A stretch of 63,225 bases of DNA, the filler included, from Intoshia linei (lineage: Eukaryota; Animalia; Orthonectida), in the NCBI GenBank assembly GCA_001642005.1. It is 3 parts of 3 records of this genome, joined end to end, with 100 filler letters (N's around TTAATTAATTAA, not from the genome) between each part and the next. Parts side by side here need not be neighbours in the genome. Positions count along the whole stretch, not along the records: positions 1 to 30,937 come from LWCA01000348.1; 2 more parts are not named here. One strand, 5' to 3'. A program made the translations under genes and the position numbers. Below the pieces are notes generated by a model. It saw nothing but the letters and a program-made list of their open reading frames with translations, did not search any database and was not told the origin of the DNA. Positions 11,235 through 25,500 of the stretch are shown in pieces. Positions within the stretch are counted from its first letter, which is position 1. Each line of letters opens with the position of its first letter.

Positions 11235-11365
11235 TAATAGGACGGTGCTTCTTGTCATACAAGCAGACTTTTGAAGAAATATTTCCTAAATAATAATATA
11301 AAAGTATTGACATGGGTTGCTCAAAATCTTGCTCCTAATCAAATTGAAACGTTATGGGAAGATTA
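11235..11365 (+). mobile_element. Short Tc1 transposase remnant between homeobox copies 1 and 2
   Basis: Translates DGASCHTSRLLKKYFLNNNIKVLTWVAQNLAPNQIETLWED*, matching the Tc1 QDNAPCH...WPxQSPDLNPIENLW region. Confidence 0.75.
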
Positions 11366-12036
11366 ACATTAGGGAAAGAAACCCTACAAATATATTGAAG
11401 CATAAAGAAATGTTAATGCAACTTGAATTTGCAAACATAGCAAAAAGAAAAATCTTGAAACCAATTTGTTAATCCTAAATAACGTACTAATTAAAATTTG
11501 TACTTGAATTTTAATCGCACGGTGCGATTCGCACCTCATTATATAAATCGCACTAGAAACGAGATTATCAGTTGTTGAATGGTATTAATAACAGAATGAT
11601 GAAGATAAATTTATTTATCAGCTTGTAATGTTTACATTTTTATTCATGCTAAGACGTTGTAAAATAAACGTCAACAATTAGCTATGATTAGTTAAAGACG
11701 TAAGATAAATTAACTGACTAATAAATGTTAATTTCATCAAATGAACCATTTTTTGAAACATTATTCAGTTCATTACGTACTATTCATAACAATTAACACA
11801 TGTATTGAGTGGCAATTAATCAGATTTGTGTACATTTAAATACATTTTAGCGCATTTAATTGGACAACATTGTCAAATTAATAATGATTATACATGTATA
11901 GTAATGTATACAATACATAATATTATGATGCGTTATTATTAATATCTTCAATATAATTACGATCACTTTATCACAAGATTAGTCTTCATTTTTACAATTT
12001 TTCACTTACTGTAACATTAATAAGTGATATTTTAAC

Positions 12037-12635
12037 ATGTTAAATTTTAACATGTCGTCTATTCTAAAAGACGATGTAAAATTATCGGACAAGGATACTT
12101 CAAATGTTACAACTTCAGTCATGTCAGACAAACTAGTCATGTTTAATATTTGCATATGGAATTTGAACGAAAGATTTCTTAGAGAATTTAAGAGAAAAAA
12201 ATTGAATGGTAATAAATTTTTAACTTTTTCTTATAAATTAGATGGTAATTTCAATGACTGGTCAAAAAACTATTTAAAAAAACAAACCATGCCTATTACT
12301 CGAAGAAGAACTGCTTTTACTGAACAACAGATTACGATTCTGGAAAAAAAATTTTTGATTGAACAATATCCTTCCATATGTACTAGACAAGATTTAAGCA
12401 GAAAATTAAGTCTCCCGATTCCAACTATACAAGTAACTTAATCTAAAATTCTACTGCATTGTCTTATACAATGTATATAAACACATACAATTTGTATATG
12501 TATAATGTCTTGTTAATACTTTAATATTAACATTAGATTTGGTTTAAAAATAGAAGAGCTAAAGAAAGAAAAATGAATCCAGAACAAGAATCTAAACATT
12601 CGTCGGAAATTGAAGATGAAATAATTTTTGTTTAA
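12037..12635 (+). CDS. Divergent PRD-class K50 homeobox protein, copy 2 (exons 12037-12208, 12242-12432, 12537-12635)
   Basis: Near-identical paralog of copy 1 with the same exon structure and WFKNRRAKERK. Has an in-frame 18-nt deletion (FERLAD) just before the homeodomain. Upstream ~600 nt also duplicated. Confidence 0.9.
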
Positions 12636-12849
12636 TTTATATCATTATTAATTTTTTGTAATATTAATTTGTTAAGATTAATAAATCCATTCATTCATTA
12701 AATTTTGAACAAATTCATCAAAAACAAATTTTATCATTTTATCAAATACAATGTGCTAGGTATTCATTACATGTCTTGTATGTATTTATTACAAAAGAGA
12801 AGATGGTTCAGTAATACTGAACAAATACATTGGGTATTTTAACTAATTA

Positions 12850-13778
12850 GATAATATATATTCAGTACCAATTTAATAAATAATGAAAATACCAATTATG
12901 TATCAATAGTTAACGGAATCAGCCCTTTAGAAACATTTCAGTTGATTTTACCAATATTGCAAAGCATATTAATAAATACAAAAATGATGATAACAAAGTA
13001 TTATTAATTTTAGTAATTCGTTGTTTTAGTTTTAATTTAAATTTTAAACGAAATGTTTTGAAAATGAGAATTTGATAATCAAAAATTGCGAAAAAATTAA
13101 TTATATAGATTTTCGCCCATATTTCTTTATTGGAAATGTGTGGATGATCCATATTTACATTTTCAATTTTTATTTTACAGTTATTTTATGTTAATCGAAA
13201 TATTTGAAAAATATTGGTTGATAATATATTAAAAATTATTTTTCACCCGGGAATGCGTAGATTTTTGGGGTTAAAATTTTGTATTTTATCAATTGGAATA
13301 AGCTCCATCAGAATAATCTTCTTTTTTTTAATTTTCGAACCGTTAATTATTTTACATTTTTTGTTTTACATGTTAATAAAATATTTCGGAAAAAAATATA
13401 TGAAAACTAAAATGCTTTTTTGACCATGAAGCGTCACTTATTCAGATTAAAATTTTTTTATTTGTTAACAGGATACAACGGTACCACCTGTAATTTTTTT
13501 AAATTAAAGGGCTGTTTTCATTAAGAAAAAGGGTAATTTAGGGTTTTCGCTCTGAATATATATTTTTTTTAAATTCTCAAACTCGTTTGATTTTCAAAAA
13601 AAAGGACAATTGGGATTTTTGACCCGTAAGATATGAATTTGGGAGGTTGAAATTTATTTTGTTAACACCCCGGAAAAAACTGTAATTGAAATGTTTTTTT
13701 ATAAAATTTTAAGACTAGTAATTATTGAAATAAACGATAACACACACAGACAAACAAAACATATTATATAAGTAAGGA
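12850..13778 (-). mobile_element. Non-autonomous Helitron-like repeat copy
   Basis: Same family as 6955-7824; terminates in atattatataagtaagga|t. Confidence 0.7.
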
Positions 13779-15914
13779 TATAAATTCTGAGATAGTTTTT
13801 AAAATCATAAAAATTATCATAAATCTGTATCCAAAAAAAGTGCTTTCATAATTCAAACCGCAGATTACGATTTTATAATAACTTTTTTTATGGTAAAAGT
13901 TTTATAAAAGATATAGAATTTAAAAAAATAAAGTATCGGACAATTTTTAAAATCTTAAGTAAATATGTATATTTCTGCGATTGAAATTTGAGTTAAAATA
14001 TAAGGTAAAAAATATGTTAGAATTAGTTTTCTAAATACATGGTTATCCAGTGGGTAACCTAATATTCAAATGCAACCAAGTAAAGATTTATACACGTATA
14101 AATATTTTTTACGTTAATGTGCAAATCAATATGTTAATTTTGTTCAACAAATTAAATCTTAATCCTTAGTCAATTTTAATGGAGATTATGTAAATTTCTC
14201 AGCATAAGATTATACTGTTTTTGTATGTTAATCTTATATTAATAATGAATGTCAATACGTCACGTTAATTAATAATTATACATACTTATAGTACGTAATT
14301 AGATAAGTATCAAATTTTTGCATTTCATTTATATAGTTTTGCATATAACGTATATACTGTGTACAAAGTAGACGGTGTACCATGTAGATTAATTTTTGGG
14401 GTATGATTTCTACTGAAAATTAACCATTAACTAAAACGTTTCACAAATATCTTAATATCCTTATTCGTGTAAGGCAGTGGTTGCAAAATTTTAGTTTCAG
14501 CTATATCTAGGCAAATATAAATATATATAATATCTAAATATATCTAATATAATATAATCTATATTTAAATAAAAAATAAGAGTTAACCTTTGAAAAATAT
14601 TTTACAAAAAGTTATTTTTTAATTGTTTCAAGATGCAGAATATTTCAATATATATCTGAAAAAGTGTCACAATATATAACCCACTTTGATAGTACTTTAT
14701 TCTGTTTTTTCATAAAATTGAAAATAAATCTAATACCTCGAAAATGTTTAAAAGTTTTCAAAAATCGATGTTTCTCAATTTATCACCCACTAATAATGCA
14801 TTGCAATGGTTTGAATTTTTTTCATATCGTAATTATTATATTACATATGGGTAAAGGTAGCCTTCCAATTGTGAAATTTTTATCCTACCTGCTCGAACAA
14901 TTTAAAAAACTTGACATAAACTATTGCAACGTCCAATGCATTGAAGAAAAATTTAATCAACGTCGTTAAATTAGGATTAATATAAATTATAAAATATAAT
15001 CTAAATACAGTACATCTAAATAATATAAAATGTGAATTGATGAAAAATCGTTTAAAATTAATAATGGGTATTGAAATTTTAAATATAAAACTAAAAAAAA
15101 TCGATATTTAAGTTTCATTCCAATGTTGAGTTATTTGATGAATGTACATTTGAATATATACAAACGATTTTTTTTGTGATTATAATTATCCAATTATTTA
15201 TAAAATTGTTAGGAAATATGATTACTACAAGTTCTCTTAATTATCGATGAAATTTAAATAAACTACCAAAACTAGATTATTTTGGGTTAAAACTGATCGG
15301 TAAAGTCAATAATCGTTTGTATAATCACTTAAATCATACAACAATTACATATAAAATACAGTGACTACTAATTTTAATGTTACCTAATCTTATTAATCTT
15401 ACTTGAAACGCGAAAATTATAAATACATAAATTATGTATTTAATGGTGAGATAATAAGAATATTTAGTCATTAATCAGAGTCTCTGAAATGATTTATGCT
15501 CAAGGCAAAAATTAGATGAATGGCCATAATTACAGATAATTATAAAAATTGTAAGAGAAATTAATTGACTAATAAATGATAGTACATAATAGTTGACATA
15601 AACAAATTTTTACAAGAGTATTATTAAAATCATTACAATTAAACAATACTTAGTCTTGAGCAGAATGACGAGATTTGTAATCATTTTGTTTCATTGATAT
15701 CAACACTTCTATATTTGATCAATTGAGCATTTGATAGGTTTAAATTTAAATTAATTGCAACTTATATAGTGCTATATATCAACAGTATAATGGATATTAT
15801 TAGCTAAGCCGATTTTAGTTAATGTATTCAATAAGTAATTACAATTAATTTTTCCACAAGATTAGTCTTCATTCTTACAGTTTAAATCTTATCGTAACAT
15901 CAATATATCATAAC

Positions 15915-16531
15915 ATGATAAATTTTAACGTGTCGTCTATTCTTAGACAAAAAGAAAAATCACCCATTAAGGAGAGCCTATTACCTTCAAGTTCCAAAAC
16001 CACTACTACAATGTCGTTAGACAAATTCACCATTTTTAGTATTTGTAAATGGAATTTGAACGAACAATTTTTGCGAGAATTTCAAAGAGATAAATTGAAA
16101 GGTACTATATTTTTAATATTATCCATCAATTTAGATAACAATTTGAAAGAATGGTCAAAAAATTACAGTGAAAAGCTTTCTGAATTAAAAAAACACAATA
16201 TACTCAATACTCGACGAAGAACTGCTTTTACTGAAAAGCAGGTTAACATTCTAGAACAAAAATTCTTGATCGGTCAATATCCTGCCATATGTACAAAACA
16301 AGAATTGAGTTCAAAATTAAATCTCCCGGTATCAACTATACAGGTACAACTTTAAATTCAATAAAGTACTTTTTGTAATACAAATGTAACAAAATTTAAT
16401 ATTACCATTAGATATGGTTCAAAAATAGAAGAGCTAAAGAACGAAAAATAAACCCTGAACATAAATATAAAGATTCATCAGAAATCTCACAAGATTCAAA
16501 TCAAAATTTAAGAAATTTGAAAATGATTTAA
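15915..16531 (+). CDS. Divergent PRD-class K50 homeobox protein, copy 3 (exons 15915-16101, 16135-16343, 16412-16531)
   Basis: MINFNVSSIL...TRRRTAFTEKQVNILEQKFLIGQYPAICTKQELSSKLNLPVSTIQ|IWFKNRRAKERK. Same intron positions as copies 1 and 2, but more diverged with a different C-terminus. Confidence 0.9.
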
Positions 16532-16592
16532 AGTTAAAAATTAACAATATTTAAATTTTTATCTGTAAAAATAAATTTAAAATACATATTTC

Positions 16593-19500
16593 TTAAATAT
16601 TATATTTGGTGAAATGCGCATTTGCAATCGATTCCGTTTCTTTAATCTAAACATGATAATACATTATAATGTTTACATGTTATGTATTTAATCAAATTTA
16701 CAGACGATTATGAAATGGAAACTTACATTTTTCTCAACGTGAAACTCCATTGCTTCGTTCAATGTACTTTTTAATTCATCAATATGTTGTTGATTTGATT
16801 CCTGTACTATTGCTAGTTTCTGAAACTTGTCAATAATCGGCTTTAAAACCGATACAAATTTTGAAACTAGTTTTTGACATTTTCCTCCTAAAAGTTTTAA
16901 TTTTTCAGATTCACCGATTGACGATAATCCAAATCTGTTTTCCAAAGAATTAACTTCCAATTTTAGTAAAACGTTTTTAAATGTGTAAATATCATCCTTT
17001 ACAAGTGTCACATTTGTTTCAGCTAACTAAATATTAATGCTATACATAATTTATAATTGAGATTATGTAAATTACTTAGTATAACATAATATTGTTTCGA
17101 AGTTAATCCAATAGGTATCAATTTTTAGCACGTCAGGTTATTTAAATATTTAATGTACTCTTAATGGTTATATGGGTCATTTTATTTAAATAAATACAAA
17201 CTACAAAATGTACGTATGTACAATGTACATTGTATAAATAATGTAAACATTATCAAAATAGTTTATTATATTAACACAATATACTTACTTGATCAGTTTT
17301 TTGAGATACAAATTCAATATATTTTCCTAATGCAATAACAAATCTAAATTGATAAATACATATATACATTAATTATATCTTAAATATATAATTACTTTCG
17401 ATGAGTTAAATGTATAGAATTGAACTTTTCATTTTCAATTTTGATATCATTAGTAGATTCAATCAATGAATGATATTTGTTTCTGATATTTTCACTGTCA
17501 GTTTTTAGCTTATTAACTTGCTTAAATTGAAAAATAAATTAAATAATTGTCAATTAATAAGTGTAAATTAAAATGATAACCTTTTCCAATATCAAATTAG
17601 AATTCAAACAGGTCTGTAATTCTTGTTGACATTTTTCATAATTCTCAATTAATTTATTTTGTTTTGTATTTTCCAACTTGAATAAATTTTGAACTTTACT
17701 TTCTCGTTCGAAAGCTTGTTCTAATTCTCGTTGTAAGCATTCAGTTTGGATTTTAGGGATACAATTTTCAACCTAAAAATATAAAACACATATATTTTTA
17801 ACACAAACCTCTTTTGATAATAAATTTATTTTAGTTTGGTAATTTTTAATTTGTTTTTTGCTTTTAGACAATTTTTGTTTGTCAATTTCATGGAATTTCA
17901 GTTTTTCAGATAATTTACGAATGATGTTTTGCATTTCCAGTATTGTTGCAAAAGATTCTTTGAGAATTTTTAAAAAAGTCTATAAAAGTATAATACATTT
18001 ATTTGATTTAATTAATGAATAATATTATAATATTACAAATTATATCGTAAATTGTATTATTACTTTTATAATATTAAAAGTTTAAATTTAATTTAATTTA
18101 ATTAAAATTACCAAATGTATCGAGTTAAAAAGAGAGTTCAATGTAAATTTAAAATGTACAAAGTATACAATAAATTAAATAATTCCGCCAAATTAGGGAC
18201 AGGTAATATTTTTGAATTTACCATAATTATTAATCAAATTAATAATTGCGCCCAAATTGAAACAGGTAATATTTTTAAATTTACTATGATTATTAGTCAA
18301 ATTAATAAACAAGAAATTCATGACTGAATAAAAACTTTAGTAATTCTCATAATTGGGTAATTTTGATAATTAATTTTACGATTAAGAAAATTGATGTAAA
18401 TCATACCTGATCATTGCGTATATACTTTGTTAAATGGACATTTGGTGGGATAATTTGTGTTTCAATAAATTTGATCAAAATATTCATAATTTCATTTGAA
18501 TTGCATTCTCCTACATGTATGTATATAAAAATGATCAATACATGTATATAAAAAATATACTCGATTCTAGCTGTTTTACTATCGGTTCAATATTTGAAAT
18601 TATTAAGGAAGAATTACAAGGAATACTTATTAAATCCTTTTGAATACCATCTAAATCAGATAAAATTTTTATTATAATAAATTACCCTTATTTAATCTAA
18701 TATAACCATTTTGAACTCTGAATAATTTTTTAGATTTATACTCAATTTTTGACTTGTCAGATACCATTCTACCAAGTCTATTAATACAAATAATAACTTG
18801 AACTGCAATTTTGAATTTTCGAATAATTTGAATTGAAATTTTCCGAGAAATTAGTTTTTCAAATAGAGTGGCATGTTTTGTGGGTAATATTATACTACTA
18901 GTATATATTAAAATTTTACTGAATTGACTAAAAAAATTACTTGTTTCCATCATGGAATTTATACTTTTTCCCGAAAGCAATGATACAGGCATTTACATCT
19001 TTAGTTAATTCAGATGATTGAATCAAACACTTTTTGGGGAAAGCACAAGTGGAAGAAAAGATTGATATTTGTTTAAGAAAAGATTGAATTATATAAGACA
19101 GAAACCCTACAATTATTACCATCGATTTATTGGTATTTTCAATTGATTTTATATTTGATTCATTGCTTTTTTTTACATTATTTAGTCTTTCTTGATTCTT
19201 TAAGCTTATATTCAACGTTTTTTTCAATTTTTCTTTTTCGATATTAATTGTCTGAAATTAGAAATTTTCAAATAATGCAAAAAAAATTAATTAATGATTT
19301 TACCTTTAAATTCGCTTGATATCCATCAATTTCTTTTTGGTTTTTGTTAATTAAATGTTCCAATTCAATCTGTCTGTTATTTTTATTTTCTCGTATAATT
19401 TTTTTATGTGAATTTAAACGATTAGACATTTCAACTGAAGATTTTTCTAAAAATTCATCCTTCTTTTTAAGTAAACCATTCAATGATTGTATTTTTTCTT

Positions 19501-22500
19501 TGTATGACTGGTTTTGTATAAGTAAATTTTTTATTTTTGTTATGTAATTATCGAAACATTCAACAAAATTTGAATAATTGAAAATGTACTAAAATTTTCA
19601 TGATATATGTGATTCATGTACATTGTACAATACACATCAGTGATTCTTAATTAGAGGATACCAATACCACATACCCATGCATTATTTATTAAATTATCAA
19701 AATAGATTTGAGTGCCACTGATGTGCACTATGAAATGTTTCAAGATAAACTTACCTTTTTATCGTATAAATCCATTCCTTTTTCAGAAAATGATACATTA
19801 ATTTCTCCCATCTTGGTTGATATCAGCTAATACAAAATCATTATATACACTTTAAAAAGTTAACAGTGTTTATTTAAACCCAAAAAATAATGTTTGATAA
19901 CGCTGATAAAATTCTTCGTGAAATTCATTTATTCGACAGATTAAAAAAATATATAGATAAAAATTAAAAATGGAAATGTTAGTGTATAAAGTAAGTTATA
20001 CTATAAAGTCTACTTTTAATGTAATTATTATACACGAGTGTTGTTAGTTAAATCGTGGTTTCCCAACTTATGTCAAGCGGTTCCAAAAAGGTTTCATTGT
20101 TTGAATTAATAACATTTATTTGGGAAATATGAGAATTTTTGGTATAATATAATAGCTTCTAAAAGATTGGAAGCACTACAAGTTATTTTTTCGTTCAAAT
20201 TAAAACTTTTAAATGTTCAATGAACATTGTTCATACAATAAAATGACCCAACAGTCCTTAATAACTGATAAAAGTGAATATATTAAAATTTAATTTACAT
20301 AATATTAAATAATTTTACATATCAGGGGGTTCCCAAACTCATTTGGTCTACCCCTATCTCCCCTTTTTAGCAATACATTTTTTCAACGTCCTTAGAATAA
20401 AATTTCGACTACGTTGTATAATATGTAATTAAACATTTATCACTCAATAATTAACCTCAATTTTTTTTTGATTCAACTGTTTATGAGATATTTCCGTGAT
20501 GATTTATGAGATAAGTCTTTAATATATTATGTTATAATATATTCTAATTACAAAAATAATATATTTATTACTGTGTTACTGTTTAACTCAGTGGGTTCCA
20601 AACGTGCTATAAAAATATCCCTTTACAACCAAAAAATTTATCAACGCTCCACTCTATCCATCTAAAATCCAACAAAATCTTTTTTCGAATATAAATAGAA
20701 TATACAATTAATTCTATAATAATAATAATATTAATGTGAAAATGGATCTGATGTAGATCCACTAATTTTTTTATTTCTGGATTTATGTCAGTCAATTTCA
20801 ATTTTAAATATCCAGGGTCAAATATCTGTAATCTATTCCTATTATTGGTCAATAAATTAATTACATTACTGAATGCACGTTCAGCGAGGTATGATGATGG
20901 AAAAGTTATAAGAAATTTCTTCAAATACATCATCAATTTTATCATTCTGAAATACATTAAAATGAACATGAAACAATGCGTTGAACGCATTGCTTGCTTT
21001 AAAAGTAAATTACATTGTATGGAAAATTTTTTTTTTCTGTTTTTATTATTTTTAAAATGGCGCCAGCTGAAAATCACCTACTTTGGGAACCACTGTCACA
21101 TATTGTAAAAAAATGGCCAAAAAATATTTAGCTAATTCTACCTTGTTAATCTTGATTTGATTGTTTTGTATATCTTTAATTCGATTTTTTGATTCATTTA
21201 ATTGATTTTTTATAATCGAATGTTCTTTTCTAATTTGTTCGCATTCAGTATTACTTTGATTAAATTTTTCTTCATAATTTTGCATTTTTGAAATGGAATC
21301 TTTTGTCTCTTTAGCATATCGTACTATTGTTAATTTGGTTGACTAATGGAAATAATATTATTAGAGGAAAAAATTATAAATAATTAAGATTTTTATATCA
21401 AAATTGCGTTCATGTAATTAATTTAAGTTACTTTTGTTACCCTAAAATAGCTTGAACCAATCTCTAATTTAAGTTTAATTTTTGTAATGTAAATGAATCT
21501 GTATATGAAAAATAAAATTTACATCAATATTCCTGTTTTTAGTGTTGATTTCGGATTTTAACAAATCATTTCGTTTGTATTGTGATTCTGTATCACATTT
21601 TAATTTGAAAATCTAAATATTTTAATTACAAAAAATAATTATATAATTAATAAATATTAGTTACAGGCTGTTATCAAAATTGGTCGATTTGCTGGTACAA
21701 GCAATTTTTTTTAAATTTAATTTTTGTAAATATATAAGACTAATTTGTAAAATGTAAACTGAATATAATGACGCTTGTGAGTCTCACAAATTTTTAATTT
21801 TTAAATCAAAGTACTCGGAAAAAGGTATGTTTCCTTGATGGTTGCTAAAATTTTTGATTTTTAATTTTGGGGTGAATTGAAACTTTTTCTCGTAAAATTT
21901 GGTAAAATCAAAGTTTAAAAAAAATGTAGGAAAAGAGATTTAACTTAACTTATGGCCTAAGGGTTTATAAAATTAGATTTTTTACTTTAGTGGTTGGATT
22001 AAAAGTTTTTTCTCACAAGGTTTTTAGTAACATTGTAATAATGGGGTTTTACTTGAGCTTTAAAGAGCTTGAAACGACATTTTTTATTAAATATTATTAA
22101 ATTTTATTAAAAGTGGGATTTTTAAAATAATAATGTATGGGTCGTCTAGGCTTTGGGATAAAATCCCGATATGTGCAAACTGATCTGCAATAATTTTGGG
22201 GGCAATAGAACCAGAAATGCTGATAACGCCTGACTGTTTTTGATTAAATTTTGAAGTTCATGCTTCAGGTAGTGTAGCAGAAATTTAATTCATTGTATGC
22301 AGTTATTTTTTCACGATTCATGAATATATTCAAATATTAAGGAATAATAACTCTTAACCTTAGTTTTATTAGCGAAGACCACAGCATGTAAATTACTTGA
22401 TACGAGACCAGGTTCACTATAAAAAAAGACGAATTAAAAAATGATACATTTCTTGTCAACCCAAGTCTCGGTTTTAATTTTAATTTTAAAATATTTCAAG

Positions 22501-25500
22501 TTGGTCACTAATAGTGACTAATTATCCCTAACTTTTATATTTGGGTACTAGTTTGACCCTGACATATCAAGGACTAGAATTTTTAAAATGGAAAATATAA
22601 CCGCATTCAATGAAATATGAACATTGTTATAAAAAATCGGACGATAGCGTCTTATTTAGCGGTATTATGTACTAACAGAGCACTACGATATCACTTGTCG
22701 TTCTCAACGGCGTTTTAATTGATCATTAAAATTTAATAGATTTAAAATAAATAAATACCTCCATGTTTTTTTCTTCAAGCCTTTTCTGCATTATACTGTA
22801 GTGTTCACGTATACACTCGATATATGTCGACATGGTAGAAATTTCTAAACAATTTATAAAAAAGTTATAAAAAAAGTTATAAAAAATTTTAAGTTTTAAA
22901 AAAAATATTAACATTATTCTTACATAATTACGTTAATTACATTAATAAACGTCAAAACATAGTGTTTGCAAAATAAAAATTTTTAATTATTCTAATAAAA
23001 GACAAAATTCTTGTTTTCAACTTTAATGATCTCAAATTAACTCAACTAAAAACTAATAACAAAATCATGATTTATAGTTTAATTTGGAGTCAAAATTAAA
23101 AAAAAATAATGCAGATCTTAATTTTTTAAAATGCAATCTTTATCTGTCAATGAGTAAAAACTTTATCATCCCTCATACGGTATGAATCGTAATATAAATC
23201 TCGCTGTATTGTATAATGAATTATTTTTAAATATACCAAGATTTTTTGGTATATTATCAATTCTAAGAGAACTAGCTAATGAGATCAAATTTGTTTTGGT
23301 AGAATTTATATCGTCTTCCATTGTTTTCGTTTTTTTTTTTAGTTTCAATAAATCAAATTTATTGTGTAATAATAGTTTATCAATTCTAGCCTTTTCTATA
23401 GTTGATTCCTTTGCATCAGACTCATATTTTGAATATTTATCATCCCTTTGTCGTTGCAACGAAATTATTTTATTTTGCAAGCTAAATTATTTAATTTTTA
23501 TTGGGTAATTTTATTTATAAACTCTAACGTTAATGACTTTGAGAACTGCTAAATGATTTCACTATTCGGGTAAATGGAAATTTTTTCAAACACCTTAATT
23601 ATTTATGTTGGTCACATTCTTTATTTTAACAATTGACGTTGGATGACAGAAATTAGCTATATCATTATTATTCTATATATACCATACTAGTGTTTCTCAA
23701 ACTGTGGTAAGAGGACCCTGGGCGCTAGGCCATAGGGCGTGTTTCAAATTTTTAGATTTTTGAATTAAAATAAATTTAAAAAAAATTAATTAATTTAACT
23801 TAATTTTACTCGAGTCAGCTTTCGGCTTTCTCGATTATACCTGCTAACTATTATCAACTTGTTGTGTTAAATAAACCGTGACAATTCAACACCAGACAAA
23901 ATTTATACATTATCTTATGTAACCCATTTGAAAAACCCTGACGCATACGAATAGCGTAAGCTAATCGTTTATCAAAAAATTCGATATAAATGTTGAAATG
24001 TAAGCAAAGCTAAACCTAGCATACCGAAACTACTCTTCGGGCTTGAACCAAATTTTTATAAAATGGGTCCTCGTTTTTCGCAAATAAGTACATGTATTTA
24101 AAAAAATTATGTTTTTGAATACAAAAACATTTTTCTTATATTTAAACTGTCAAATCAAGACAAGAAAGGTGACTGTGTTTCAGAAAATTTTTGCTGTCTA
24201 TTTTACATTTTCAGTATCTTCCAGCATGGCGGGTTCGGCTCTGATGTTATCTTTTAAATAGCTTTCTGAAATAATTAACCTTTTATTTTTTTCAGTTTTG
24301 ACTACATTTTGTTTTTTGGTTATTTCTATAATTTCGTTCATTTTTCTATATTATAAAAATTATTGATATTTTATGTTTAAGTAAATTTTTATTATTTTGG
24401 TTCTTTGTATATGAAAATACAACCAATAATAATGTGGTATATAACAAATTTAAAGTCAATTACTCTAATTTATCTTTATCTTGCTGTAAATTTTTCGTTT
24501 TTTCTTGATAGTTTTCTTGTTTTATTTGATTTAATTGGTTTATTTTAATCTAAACTTAAAATAAATTATGTACATGTAATTCATTAAGTCATTATAATTA
24601 TCAATTATAAAACTTGCATTTAATTGTTCATTATTCTTTAATATTTCTTCAATTTCGTTATTTAGTTTTTTTATATTTTTTGTTTTATTTTCATTCTCTA
24701 TTACTGCCAACTAAGTGTGTCAATTAATATTTTAAAGGAAAATATATTATAATGGTGATGCCTTTTATACTGTTGTTGTAAATATTACTTTTTTATCTTT
24801 TTCAAGTTCAAAAATTGTGTTTTTCAGTTTTTTGATTAGATCTAAACTTGTATCTAACTGCATTTTTTGTTCATTGTATTGAACTAAATGGATACATGAA
24901 TTAATTTTTTTATTTTAATAATTCTGGATAAATTTAAACTAATCAAAATGGACATCAAATGTATATTATATGTTATTTATTTTTTAACGTCAGAGTAATA
25001 ATAATAGTAATAGTAAAAGCTATTTTAAACCAACTTTAACTCGTATTTTATAGGTGAGCGTTATTATTTGGAATTGCATTTTTAAAATTAGACTCTCAAA
25101 TGATAGAAATTCATAATCACTGTAACTTCAAACTAGAGTAAACATAGAGTGAACCCATTAAAATCAAATGCAGTATTAAGATTTATTGTTGAAAAACAAA
25201 CAGTTAATTAGTTGAAACCAGAGATTGAATTTTGGCGTAGTTAGCGTCGTACTTCAAATTTTGTGACGACCCATAGGTTAAGAAAGTTGGATCTAGTGCA
25301 TGCTCATTTGGAGAAATAATTTTAATTTATTAAATAACGAGAATATTCTTAAACCCAACCATTTTTACTAAAAATCAAAATTTACCAACTTTTAAGGGAA
25401 AAATCCACTTTTACAAACCTCTAAGAAAAAATCCCAATTTTATCAACCCTTATGGGAAAACCCACTTTTACCAACCAATGAATGTATATTACTATATATA

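Noticed and set aside
13214-13423. Hydrophobic ORFs at 6854, 12919, 13214, 41373, 46701 and 58729
   Set aside because: All lie within Helitron-family copies; frames are not conserved between copies, and F/I/L/K richness reflects AT bias.
10000-16531. Calling the homeobox triplet a Hox/ParaHox cluster or naming it Gsc, Otx or Cdx
   Set aside because: K50, the YP motif and the 46/47 intron indicate PRD class, not ANTP. The copies are paralogs of one gene, and family-diagnostic residues are insufficient for a symbol.
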